From contig OZ176051.1 in assembly GCA_964247055.1 (NCBI GenBank), positions 12,772,001 through 12,836,000 on the forward strand: 64,000 bases of DNA, written 5' to 3'. Positions 24,262 to 37,084 of this stretch are shown here, in pieces. A model generated the notes under the pieces. It saw only the letters and a program-made list of their open reading frames with translations, did no database searches and had not been told where the DNA came from. The stretch comes from Paragordius varius (Eukaryota > Animalia > Nematomorpha). The translations under genes were made by a program, and so were the position numbers. Position 1 is the first letter of the stretch. Each line of letters opens with the position of its first letter.

Positions 24262-25999
24262 TATTTTTATAAAAAGTAAGCTTTATACGGAAAAGATAAT
24301 TATGGAATATAAAATTTTTACGGCATACATACAATACCTTTTTAGACGTTTTAAGGTTTTTTACCTATATGCCAAAACTAAACTAACGTCAAGTGTCGGA
24401 AAAAACAAATTTAACATAATTCCAAATTTACATATTTTAGTAGTTATATATTGTAATTGTGTCTGTATGCATTTCTTCTAAAAACATCCATTTATTAAAT
24501 TGTTGTACCCATAGGAAATATTATCAAACGAATATGTAGTATATTTTTTAAACAGTTCTTTCAAAACATTTTATATACCATATAAAGATTCTAATTTTTT
24601 TATATTTTTAATCAGGAAGGAACCTACGTCATAAAATAATTACTATAAAACATAATATATATCACTATTAAACATAATTAGGTTCACGGGAGTATATTGT
24701 TTTTTGCTGATTTTAATAAATATAATACATTATTCTTTTAAAAAATTGGCCAAAATATTTCAAGGTATGGTAACAACATAATTTTACAGAGTGGTGTGAT
24801 AGAGATTCTATTTTAACATGCTAGCGCTGTCGATCTGCACAGTTAACTTAATTTGAGGTTTTAATTAATTTTGGTTGGCATGTTATTTTGGAAAAAATAT
24901 TTAACTGATAATCTGTTGATTTCACATTTAGAGAGAGAGTAGATGGTAATATAATTGCATAAGCAAAACATCCCCGTTTCCGATCTTAAATAATTAAATT
25001 TATGGTAGATATGTTTTTCTGCTGTTGTTGCATTGGAACCTTAGTGGCTAAATTTGCATTTTATTTGGAATAACAATATTTATTATTAATATACAAATCA
25101 AGGAAATGTTTGTAAAACTTTTTGAAAACGTTGTATATCAACATAGAACCCAATATTTGTCTCGTAAAACCGCGAGCTCTTTGGCAACACCCATATTTTA
25201 ATATTAAGAGAGGGCACGATCCTATAAACAACATCTAATCTTTCGAATTATAATATGTCGCTTGTTTGATTCCTTGGAATCGGTAAATTTTTCAACAAGG
25301 AAAATTAATTTAAAAGAAAAATTGTCTAAATATAATAAAAAAATTATAATTAAACAAACCGTATAGTGAATATGCGTGTTAATTATTTGTGATGCAATTT
25401 ATGAAATATATGATTGGAAACTCGTGTCTTGACATTATTACAACATAGACAATATTCCTTACGAAGCTTTGGATAAAAATTTAAATTATGCCATTCCCTG
25501 GTAATATTCAAAAACAGAATTAATATTACCTATGCAGACGTCTACAGCTACAGATTTACAAATTTAGCCACCCATCATGATTTTATATTTCTAACTCACA
25601 TGTCATTCTATAACATCGGTTCAATATTTTCACTGATTCGAAAATAGATTGTAATAATACCAAGGTATATGTATAGTCAGGTGTTTAAATTGCGCGCCAA
25701 CAGACGCTGTTTTGTACGATTTCGGGCGGATAAATTACGCAGTTTAAGATTTTTAACCTTGGGCCCTGTTTAAACCATAGAGCGCATTTATTAACTTTTT
25801 AGATTTATTTAATGTGTTTCTTATCATTAGATTATGTATTTTTTCCCATTATGGATTAATACATTTTGGAGGATTAAACAATCAAATCCTTTAAAAAGTT
25901 CAAACTGCTTCTTTCTATTTGAAAATTATCATGAAGCTACTAACATTTATTTGTCTTCGCTATATGTATGATATGTGGTTAATAAAATAAAAAATACAG

Positions 26000-28155
26000 A
26001 ATATCAAAAAAACGCATCGACTTAATTGATCAAACAAAAATAAGCATTAGATCCGACAAAGATCAATTCAATCTGCACTAACCTAAAGCAAGCTGCCAAA
26101 CTTAACCACAACTATTTTACTTACAGTAAAGTCATTTATCCACGCCAAAAAACAAATGTACAAAAGTCCCATGCACCCAAATGGAAAACTTCTAACCGAT
26201 AAAAAAGAAGTAATTTAGCTACTTTGAGAAAGCAAAACCTGTTCACAAAACAATCAAATAAAATTATTATCATTATACATATCCACCAATACTTAAGTAA
26301 GAAATCGGGGCACTGACGCAGTCATCGACCGGAAAAGCGGGATTTAATTGACATTCCTATAAAACTTATAATATCTTCAGTGAGGGATATTAAAAAGGGC
26401 GATCCCAAACTAACTATCGCAGAATACCATTAATTGACCAAACCTCAAAAGTTTTAAAATAATAAATGGTCAGCAACCTATGCCAATCCGGAAGTCTCAT
26501 ACAGGGAGGCTTCAGAGATAAAAAAGGATACCGAGACATGATCTCAAACATTAGATGGATATAATGGAACAAAAATTGTTAACTCCAAAATAAGCTACAC
26601 CTACGCTTCGTAGACATCTCTAATGCCTTTAGTACCGTTCAACATGACGTTCTTAGGAATGCTCTTAAAGAAAGAGGAGTGTCCGATCACTTAATCAAAC
26701 TAATCCATGTACGCCGAATCATTCCTATGAGTACCCCGCATTACAGGTTTACGTCAAGGCTGCATATTACCCCCATTTTGTTCAACAATTATCTGAAATG
26801 CTTCAGTAGGGATATAATTCTGCTTGGAATAAAAGTAGCAGTTTACACTCTCACGACCCTTAACTATGCTGACGACACGGTAATCTAAGCCGATATACAA
26901 ATAAGAGTCGAAAATAGTTTTTGAACTTTATAAATGTCTCCAAATTCATTCTAACACTAAATCTCAGCAAAACTAAAAAAAGACACCAACTTTCCTTATT
27001 TTTATGAGTCGCTTCGGATTAATGATAAATTTAAGTGCTTAAGTAAGACACATTCCTGGTAAACATTATCATCGAATTAAGTTCCAATTCACGAGACATA
27101 AAAAGAAAAACGTATAGCAAATGCACTTACCTTACATTTCAAACTATAGTATACCATTTGCACTTCAAGAGTGTCCTTAAACACTACAAGTTCCTTGAAC
27201 ATTTCAAGTTGGTCCTTGAACAGTTCAAGTTGGTCTTTGAACAGTTTAAGTTGGTCCTTAAACATTTCAAGTTGGTCCTTAAACACTTCAAGTTGGTCCT
27301 TGAACACTTCAAATTGGTCCTTTGACTTTTTTGTTTTGTTTTTAACTTTTATCAATCAATTCGTAAATAATGCATCTATTTTATTGTTTTTAACCTATTT
27401 TCTATTATTTAACATAAATTTTAAATAGAAATCAACTTTTTATCTTTCAGAAACCGTATATCTTTATTAATTTCCTAAAATAATTTTGGATATTTATAAG
27501 ATTTTAACACGAAATGAAAAAATATATAAGTTTTCTGGGTTATTAATTAAAATTTTTCATTAACATTTAAAAATCAATAATTTTGTTCAATTGAAAAAAA
27601 AAATAGTTTAAAACAAAAAAGTGGTTTTTCAATAAAAATATTTATTTTTAAATGAATAAATATAAAATAAATAAAGAAAATTAGGTAAATAAATATATAA
27701 ATAAAAAACTAAATTTAAAAATTATGGTTAAATCAAAATTCATAAATAAGGACCAACTCGAAGTGTTTAAGGACCAACTTGAATTGTTCAAGGATCTTGA
27801 ACTGCAAATGGATATAAGCATCTAAATCCAAAATCCGATAAATAAACTCCCTAATATTCCTTATCATGTTATACGGCTAGATGGAAGGAAGACAATATCG
27901 TAAGCAAATTAAACGCACAAACAACCCTTTGTGGTAAAGTAAAAATCGGTTATTTTGTACAAATAATTAGAGGATATTTGAAAAAATATATAATGTTGGG
28001 AAAAATAAATGGCAAGATAGGAAGAGGACGACGACGTATTCGTTGGATAGACGAAATTTTATCTACAAAATGTCATAGTAAAAATATCTTAAAAACCCAT
28101 GACAAAACACCGAGTGAAAGAATTTTCCTATAAATTCTCTAATGATTGATAATTG
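26000..28155 (+). mobile_element. decayed RTE-clade LINE fragment, interrupted by a MITE at 27154-27811
   Basis: Remnants KKGDP..NYR.IPLIDQTSKVLK, GLRQGCIL.PILFNNYL and NYADDTV, plus 3' IMLGKING..GRRRIRWIDEI followed by a caacaac tail. Confidence 0.8.
27154..27811. mobile_element. MITE with 17-bp TIR and subterminal 21-bp tandem repeats
   Basis: CCATTTGCACTTCAAGA / TCTTGAACTGCAAATGG ends. About 7 units of CCTTGAACA(T/G/C)TTCAAGTTGGT on the left and about 2.5 inverted on the right; absent from the paralogous site near 63570-63600. Confidence 0.8.
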
Positions 28156-28469
28156 ACTACAACAACATTATCAATTTATTAATAGATATTAAAACCAGTT
28201 TTTTCGAAAAATCACATTGGCAAAATAATAGCTAAACTATATTTAAATGAAAGATGAGCTAATGATAAAAAGTTATCTAAACTAAATATTTTTCATATAA
28301 ATGATATTTCTATACATTAATTTATTATTTTCCCCATGAGAAATCTCTTCTCTTGCGCCAATATATTTTCATGGGAGTTTTTGTCAAAATCTAATTAAAA
28401 TATCGAAAATCAGAACTCATTTTAAAACTTAATTCAGTGCTAATATTATAGACAAAATGTAAATATGGA

Positions 28470-28736
28470 TCATTTATGTAAAACCTCTAATTCAGCTTCA
28501 TAGAATGACAACATGTTTTCGTAACCGTGGTCAATTTTATTAGTTTGATGAATTGCTGCAGAGAGTTCAGGGCTATGACAAGATTGATAGTGCTCAATAC
28601 CATTGTCTACCGGCTCTAAACAAAAAAAATATATTTTTATAACCGTGTGAAAGAAAAAAAATAAAAACCCTTTATCCAATAATCCGATCTCTTGTGCAAA
28701 TTTGGCATCTCCCGTTTCTTGCGTTTATCCCCAGTC
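28470..28736 (-). CDS. candidate two-exon coding module, cassette copy 1 (TGDKRKKREMPNLHKRSDYWIK|EPVDNG...ELEVLHK)
   Basis: tgtag|G, G|gttt and tttag|AG junctions are conserved and phase-compatible in all three copies. No start exon could be joined. Confidence 0.35.
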
Positions 28737-29587
28737 CTACAGTATAAATTATGATATAACACTGCCGCACAAAATATATTATAACACATCTTAATATATA
28801 AATTTTGAAAAAGAATTATTAGGTTTATCATGGTGCTTTTGGTTTTGGACTTACGAATGTAATAAAGAATGTTAAAAACAATTTTGCATTGCTTGATAAA
28901 TGCCAAAATTCTCAAATATAATTCTTTAAATCTAAATGCTTTTTTTCCAGAAAACGTCACTAAAATATATCGTAAGCTATATATAAAAATCAAATATTTT
29001 TATTTGATTCATAATTTAAATGCGCCTCCAAGGGTCTTAAGTTTTTGGACACGTCCCAAGGAGGCAAATTTCTCTAAACTAAACTTAAATATTCTGATAA
29101 GCAACAATTAAAACCATGCATAAGCACTGTAATGTGCAGGTATTGATTAAGAATCGCAGTCGCCGATATTTAAACAGCTGTTAACACGCTTAAATAAAAT
29201 AGCACATGTTCTGTTTCTAAACTTGCTTAAAAAAGAGCCATTATCGGATAATGAGTGTTGAATTGATCATACAATTTGTTTGAGCAGATTAGAAAATGTG
29301 GAATTTTATTAAAAATGCATATTTTTTACTGTAATTAAAATTTTATTGATGTTAATACCGTAAAAATCAAAATTCTACAAACAACAAGTAAAAACTTAAA
29401 AACAGATATATTAAAAAAGATTGTGTTTTTTGAAACCTTGATTTTTCTTAATTATTGTTTGCTATACATATTGTTAAAACAATCAATTGCATATTTTGCT
29501 ATTTAAGAAAATCGGTCATTTTAATAAATGTTGTATTCTATTTTTACATTTTATGCATTAATTTTTACTGTTAAAATTTTAATGTAA

Positions 29588-30266
29588 TTACTCATCATCG
29601 TGTTCATAATCGTAGTCATAATATTCGTCTGGTTTTGGTAGAGTAGGGGGTTCGGTTGGATAGCCACATTCTTGGGGCTTGCCACCGTTTACTGGGATAA
29701 CTTTCATGCATTTCATATCAGGGCTATCGCAATTAACCCAATCTGTGTTATGTATGGAAAGGAAAAGGGGAATGGAATCATTGCCGGCACTCTTGGGTTT
29801 TCCGATAACTAGTTGGAAATATAGTGTAAATATATTATATGATAATGGCTAATTATATTACTTATGTTCGAATCCAAATTTTCTCTAATAACTTTTAGAT
29901 CGACACGGCATGTAAGTCCAATAATGGATAGTTTTGCATTCTTTTCTAAAGTTGAAAATATATGTTTTATACAGCAAAATTTAGAAAAATTTTACAACAA
30001 TTTACAAATAAAATTTTACTTTCTCTATATTTAACCAAAACATTCAACATTTAGATGGGAGGCTTAATTTTCAATGGTTTTACTAGAAAATTTAATTTTA
30101 CAATGAATAAAAATGAGAAATCCTGAATTTTACCCAAAATAATTGGATTCTCGGTAACATTGTTGGCATCCAATTCGATATGGCATTTATGAACAACGTG
30201 TGCTTTAGTATAATATAAGCCGAAACTGTTCAAACAAATTGAAATTATTGTTAAAAATTGATTCAT
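29588..30266 (-). CDS. secreted Cys-containing protein with acidic Tyr-rich tail, copy 1 (145 aa, intact); exons 30266-30134, 29945-29862, 29808-29588
   Basis: GT-AG introns, both phase 1, join MNQFLTIISICLNSFGLYYTKA..NPIIL|EKNAKLSIIGLTCRVDL..|IIGKPK..NCDSPDMKCMKVIPVNGGKPQECGYPTEPPTLPKPDEYYDYDYEHDDE*. Identical exon structure in the paralogs. Confidence 0.8.
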
Positions 30267-32018
30267 ATGTATTATAAAACTGATTTTTTTAATAATATTG
30301 TATAAAACAAAATTTTGTAATTATAATTTTTAAGTCCATATATAAGCAATAAATGAAAAATCAGTTAATATAACGCTGAGTAATATAGGCCCCATCTGCA
30401 AAAATATAAACGAATTGGAATCTTTCCAATTTTTCTTTTTATGTAAGCTTCTAAGAATTAAATTTTTTACAAAAAGAATATTATAGGAAATAAATGCAAT
30501 ATTAGAAATATTCACCTTCTGTGTAAATATATACATAGCTTTTCGATTCCTCCAAATTTCTTATATTAAACGAATACAGAATTTGCCTTTATAAAATGGA
30601 GAGATTTGATAATTCATGATGAATAGGTAGAATTTGATAATTAGATAATTTTAACCAATCATTACATAAAGTGTTATTCAAGCAAACAATTTTTTTTAAA
30701 AATAATTTTTATTATTTTTTAACTTTTTTCCTTAGCAATTAAGGGCCTAGGCATCAGAGGTGTCCACACAAATATCGGGCTACATTGATATTTTTTGGTT
30801 TTTTTTATCTATTAAGATACAAATTTTGGATGATTTATTTTTTAAATAATCGTGAAACTTTGATTGATATTCCACACTTTTTTAATTGTTCATTTTTTAC
30901 CCTTTTACGAACTAACAAAAGCTGGATATCCTTGGTAACACTATAAGCGACAAACTCATCATTACTTAATTTTGCATTTTAATCCATATCTAAAATTTTT
31001 CATAAACTGGGCCTATAAAGCCTATCTTTATAATTCTAATAATTTTTTGAATTGCTTGAATGTGTAGCATTTTTTGGAACTGAGATAATATGATTAAACA
31101 AAAATTTATTGAAAAACATATAAAATCCTGAGCTTAATTTCAAAATAGGAAAAATTCCTTGCGTGTAAACGATTAAAATTATTTACCTTAAAAACTGTAA
31201 TAATACTTAACATATCTTCTGTATTTTTCAGTTAAAAATTATTTATTTTTATTTTATTAAAATTAAGACCTAAATATGGTATAATCTAAATTTGCTTGTA
31301 TCATTAAATTTAATAAAATTCCTTATCATTAACTATAAATATTATTATTTTATTGAAAAACAAGTAGAATTGTTTTTTCTGTTAAATAACATGAATTATT
31401 ACTAATAATAAATATTTCTTAGGGACAAATAACAAAAGTTGATTGGAACCACAAAACATACTGATAAATTTTGATAAAAACGGATAAAGCCTGAACCCTC
31501 CTTATATAATAACAATATATCAAGGATTATTATTCTTAGCTTACCATATAGAACTCATAGCATATCCAATCAAGTAATAGGTGGCTTTATATGAAATCCA
31601 AATTTTACAAGCCCGTCTTCACCAAATGTTATAGTATGAGATACGTTTCGAGTTTTTTATTATTGAATAGTTTTAAAATATAGGTTACATAAAGACAACT
31701 ATTGCTCTATAGTAAGCACATTGACTTCTGATTGCGATGAAAGGCTAGAAATGTCATCTCCCTAGTACTATAAAAATGACGTTTTCCACTCAAAAATTTG
31801 TGGAGCGCTTTTTTACACATTCGAAAGTTACAATTAACAGTATTAGAATGTAAAAAAATCCAAACTCATGGATATTAATATTGATGATCCTCCTAACCTA
31901 TAATTAGTGGTCGAATCCTCCCTCCTATTATTGTAGTTGCGTGGATTTTAGAATGAGCAAAAACTATAAAAAAATTTCCATTAATTTAGTAAACCAAATA
32001 ACTATTTATGATTAATTA

Positions 32019-32940
32019 CACTGCTCAACAAGGTTTTGCATCACCCCATTTTTTGGATTTTCAGACACCTAATTGCTGGATAGGCCAAAACCAAAAAAAA
32101 ATTGAGGCCATTAATAGGATATTTCCAAAATTTAATTTTTAATTTTGTATTTAATTTAAAAAAACAATCATTCCTCGTTTACATATGTTTAAATATTTAA
32201 ACGAGCAAGTCTATACAAGTAATATTTCAGATCGTATTTTCTTCTAATTTTAGTATGAAAATGCAAAAATGATCCAAATAATTTTGCATCTGTTGTGGTA
32301 AATATATATTTAAGAAAAATAACTTGCGGAATATCGATGTTAATACTGGAAAACTTTATGCAAAATATTTTGCTACCAAAATTGATAGGGACAGAGCATG
32401 GACCCCCCATGTCTTAACAAGACTGCAGAAAATGTTATTGGTCATTAAATAAAACTTTATCTGAAAATGCCGTTGATCTTTATAATAAAAAATATAAACT
32501 GCCTAAAAATGCCGCTTATACATAAAAAATCTTGAGAAATAAGCCACATTCATGTACTTTCAAAATCATTATAAACTTAGTAAAGCCAAAGCTGAGGCTG
32601 GGAGAGCTAATGGGCCTTTAATTAAAAAATTTTTTTCAAGATAACTATAAACCTATTATCTGCAAAGGAAAAAGCCTTTAAAACTCTAAAAAAATTCAAC
32701 ACTGGGGATATATTTTTAAATTTAGGATCACATAAGTCAGAGGAGTATAAAATATTAGGCCAGGAGCTTGTAGAAAGTTACCATCGGATGAGTAATTATT
32801 TTATAAAATGTAGGCGGTAAAATGACTATGAAGCTACACATCATAGATAAACATAAAAGATTTGAAGCGAGATACACTCGCGAAACAATATTTCTGATTT
32901 TATCTGGAATTTTAAAGCTACATAATTATTATTTTAAATA
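32019..32940 (+). mobile_element. Chapaev3/CMC-like DNA transposon remnant
   Basis: Left end CACTGCTCAACAAGGTTTTGCATCACC. Decayed transposase motifs CKNDPNNFC..CGKY..YAKYF..D.AWTPHV, LSKAKAEAG..GPLIKK and SDFIW. Right TIR not found; family assignment is from recalled motifs. Confidence 0.6.
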
Positions 32941-34234
32941 TATACAATAATTAAATATTCATTTTATTTAATATATTAATTAAAAATTTGTAGTTAAGAA
33001 GAAAATGAAAATATTGAGAATAATTTTAATATGTATTTATACAGTTTTTTGTGGAAGTACCTACAAAGATATACGAGTAAATGGATATATTGACTAGAAT
33101 TAACACTAAAATTTGTACAAAAAATTTATTTGCATGATTAACAAAATTCTAGGCTTTAAATAAAATAAGTTACTAAACAAACTAAGAGCCAAAGTATTAA
33201 AAATATAAAAGGGCATATGTATGGAGTGATAGATCCGGGTGGCTTGCAAAAGCTCTGCAGCTTAATGACCCCCAAGCGATCCTATAATTATGCCAGATAT
33301 GGCAAAGGTAACAATAAGTAATAGTAGAGCGTAGATAGTTACAAGCAAAATCCATTGACATGTCAAATTAACCAATTAGAATAAAGTTAGATAAATTCTA
33401 CTATTAAATCGAATAAAGAGATTAGTTAAATACAAATGGTCCAATCCTATAACAGTATATTTTACTAAAAGTGGCTACCCAATATCCATCTGAATTTCAA
33501 AATGCAGGGAAACCAATCAAAAAATAAATGATATCCACTAGGTATAAAATTTTTTTGTAAGAATCAACCGAAGAGAAAAACCCTAATAAGTATTCGAAAT
33601 AACGAAAACTAATAAAATAAATATAGCCTATCTGAAAGCCGAAGGTTTAAACTAGATGGAAGGACAAGGTGAATATCGTAAACAAATTAAACCCACAAAC
33701 AACCTTTTGTGGTAAAGTAAAAATCGGTTATTTTGTAGACATAAATAGAGGATATTTGAAAAAAGATATAATATTGGGAAAAATAAATGGCAACAGAGAA
33801 AAAGGACGAAGACGTATTCGTTAGATAGACGAAATTTTATGACTTTCCAAAATGTCGTTGCAAAAATATCTCAAAGCCCACGATAGAAAACCGAGTGGAA
33901 GAATTTTCCTATAAAATCTCTAATGATTGATAGACTACAACAACATATTAAAATTACCAATTTATTAATAGATATTGAAACATGTTTTTCCAAAAAAATC
34001 ACATTGGCAAAAAAATAGCTAAACTATATTTAAATAAAAGATGAGCTAATAATTATAAAAAGTTATCTAAACTAAATAAATTTCATACACATTGATTATT
34101 TTCCCCATGAATAATCTTTTCTCATGCGCCAATATATTTTCATGGGAGTTTTTGTAAAAATCTAAATAAAATATCGAAAATCAGAACACATTTAAAAACT
34201 TAATTCAGCGCTAATATTAGAGACAAAATGTAAA

Positions 34235-34514
34235 TATGTAGCATATATTTAAAACCTCTAATTCAGCTTCATAGAATGACAAAATGTTTTCGTAACCGCA
34301 GTCAATATTTTTAGTTTGATAAATTGCGGCAGAGAGTTCAGGGCTGTGACAAGATTCAAAGTACACAATACCACGTTCTATTTGCTCTAAACAAAAAATA
34401 TATTTTTATAACCGTGTGAAAGAAAAACAAACAATAAGAATAAACCCTTTATCCAATCATCCGATCTCTTGTGCACATTTGGGGTCTCACGTTTCTTGCG
34501 TTTATCATCAGTCC
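34235..34514 (-). CDS. candidate two-exon coding module, cassette copy 2 (TDDKRKKRETPNVHKRSDDWIK|EQIERG...)
   Basis: Same junctions and stop-free frame as copies 1 and 3. Confidence 0.3.
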
Positions 34515-35425
34515 TACAGTATAAAATATGATATAACACTGCGCACAAAATATATCATAGCACATTCTAGGAGTATATAAATTTTTAAAAAATAATATTT
34601 GGTTTATAATGGTGCTTTTGGTTTTGGGATTATCAATGTAACTAAGAAAGTTAAAAACAGTTTTCTATGGCTCCAGAAAAGAAAATAGAAAAATTTTCCC
34701 ACATTAATTCTTTGTGAAATCTAAATGCTTTTTTCAGAAAACGTCATTAAAATATATCGTAAGCTATATTAAAAAAGCAAAATAATATTTTAATTAGACT
34801 CATAATTAGAATGTGGAGTCCGAATGTCTTAAGTTTTTGGGCAAGTTTCCTTAAACTGCACTTAAATAATCTGATATAAAGCAACAAAATAACATAATTT
34901 TCCAAAATCATGCTATAAGCACTGTAATGTGCAGGTATTGATTAAGAGTCAGTTCCTTAATCATGCAATTGCCGATATTTAAACAGCTGTTGATACGCTT
35001 ATTTAAAACAGCACATGTTCTGTTCTAAACTTGCTTAAAAAAGAGCCATTCATCGGATAATGAGTGTTAAATTAATTAAACTTTTGAGCCAGGAAGTGTA
35101 TAATTTCAAGTTTTACAAATGCCTTTTTAAGGCAATTAATACTTTAATTGATGTTAATACCGTAAAAATCGAAATTATACAGACAACAAGTAAAAACTTA
35201 AAAACAGATATATAAAAAAGATTGTGTTTTTAAAACCTTGATTTTTCCTAATTATTGTTTGATTGAGATGCATATTGGTAAGACAATCAATTACATATTT
35301 TGCTATTTATGACGATAATTTATATGAGAAAAATTAAGGATAGAAAAAACTTACATTGGCCGTTTGAAAAAAAAAGTTGTTTTACATTTTATGCATAAAT
35401 TTTTACTGTAAATATTTAAATTTAA

Positions 35426-36079
35426 TTACTCATCATCGTCTTCATAGTCATAACTTTCATATTCGTCTGGTAGAGTAGGGGGTTGGGCTGGATAGCCACA
35501 TTCTTGGGGCTTGTCTCCATTTACTGGGATGACATCCATGCATTTCATATCAGGGCTGTCGCAATTAACCCTATCCGTGTTATGTATGGAAAGGGAAATG
35601 GAATCATTTATACCGGCACTCTTGGGTTTTCGGATAACTAGATGGAAATATAGTATAATATCATTATACATATAATATATGATTATGGTCAATTATATTA
35701 CTTATGTTTGAATCCAAATTCTCTCTAATAACTTTTAGATCGACACGGCATGTAAGTCCAATAATGGATAGTTTTGCATTCTTTTCTACAGTTTAAAAAT
35801 TTGTAATAATTAAAAAACAATTTTAAAATTTTACTTTCTATATTTAACCAAAACATTCAACATTTAGATGGGAGGCTTAATTTTCATCGGTTTTACAAGT
35901 AAATTTAATTTTACAATGAAAAAATGAAAAATGTTGAAATTTACCCAACATAATTAGATTCTTGGTAACATTGTTGCCATCCAGTTTGATATGACATCAA
36001 AAGCACTGTCTGCAAGTTTAGTATAATATAAGCCAAAACTGCTCAAACAAATTGCAAATATTGTTAAAATTTGATTCAT
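35426..36079 (-). pseudogene. secreted acidic-tail protein, copy 2; 1-nt deletion in exon 1
   Basis: Exon 1 (36079-35945) is 135 nt versus 136 nt in copy 3 (gct ttt ga tgt versus gct ttt aag tgt), giving a premature TAA. Exons 2 and 3 are intact (..PAQPPTLPDEYESYDYEDDDE*). Confidence 0.75.
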
Positions 36080-37084
36080 ATGTATAAAACTAAATATTTT
36101 AAAGTAATATTGTATAAAACAAAATTTTGTAATTATAATTTTTCAATAATTTCTAAGTCCATATATAAGCAATAAATGGAATTTCATGTTAATATAACGC
36201 TGAGTAATATAGGCTCCATCTGCAAAAATATAAGACGAATTGGATTTCCAATAATTTTTCTTTTTTTGTAAGCTTCTGAAAATTAAATTTTTTATAAAAA
36301 TGAATATTATAGTGAATAAATGCAAGATTAAAATTATGCACCTTCTGTGTAAATATATACATTTTTGGATTCCTCCAAATGTTTTATATTTAACGAGTAC
36401 GCCATTTGCCTGTATTAAATGGAGAGATTTGATAACTCATAGTGACTAGGTAGAGATATATTTTGATAAATAGATTATTTTAACAATCAATAAATAAATA
36501 TTCTTCTAGCAAACAATTTTTTTCAAAAATAACTTTTTCTTTTACTTTTACTTTTTTCTTTAGCAATTAAGAGTCTAGGCGCCAGAGGTATCTACACAAA
36601 TATCGGGCTGCATTATTTTTTGGTTTTTTAATCTATTAAGAGCCAAATTCGGGATATATTTTTCAAATAAACGTCAAATTTTGATCAATATTCACACTTT
36701 TTTATTTTTTCATTTTTTACCCTTTTACGAACAAAAAAAGCTGGATATCCTCGGTTTACACTATAAGCGACAAATACATTACTTAATGTCATATTTATGA
36801 TTTTTTAATAAACTGGGCCTAAAAAAGCCTATATATTTTTATTAATATTTTTTAGATGATTTGCTTGAATGTGTATGAGCATTTTTGGAACTGAGATAAT
36901 ATGATTAAACAAAAAGTTATTATAAAACATATACAATCCTGAGCTTTATTTCGAAATAGGGAAAATTCCTTATGTGTAAACGATTTCAGATACTTAGCCT
37001 GTACACTACATATATCTGTATTATTAGGCTAAAAATTATCTATTTTTCAATTTATTAAATTACGACCTAACTAAGATTTAATAT

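Larger units (their letters stand above)
26740..32010. repeat. duplicated cassette, copy 1
   Basis: Colinear with ~33640-37070 (direct) and ~59490-64000 (inverted) across coding and non-coding sequence; boundaries approximate. Confidence 0.85.
33640..37070. repeat. duplicated cassette, copy 2
   Basis: Direct repeat of ~27830-31280, including the RTE 3' stub at ~33650-33950. Confidence 0.85.

Noticed and set aside
18963-24334. Many 60-100 aa ORFs (MVQHV.., MSQRH.., MDFCF..), also at 4098-4749
   Set aside because: They recur in several frames and both strands of the non-coding Helitron repeat and are broken differently in each unit.
27089-27428. Heptad ORFs (KDQLEVF)n and (SSWSLN)n as coiled-coil proteins
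   Set aside because: These are by-products of the 21-bp subterminal repeat of a MITE.
33225-33310. GC-richer patch translating to a SEL1-like GWLAKALQLNDPQAI
   Set aside because: Too short, needs a frameshift, and has no supporting exons.
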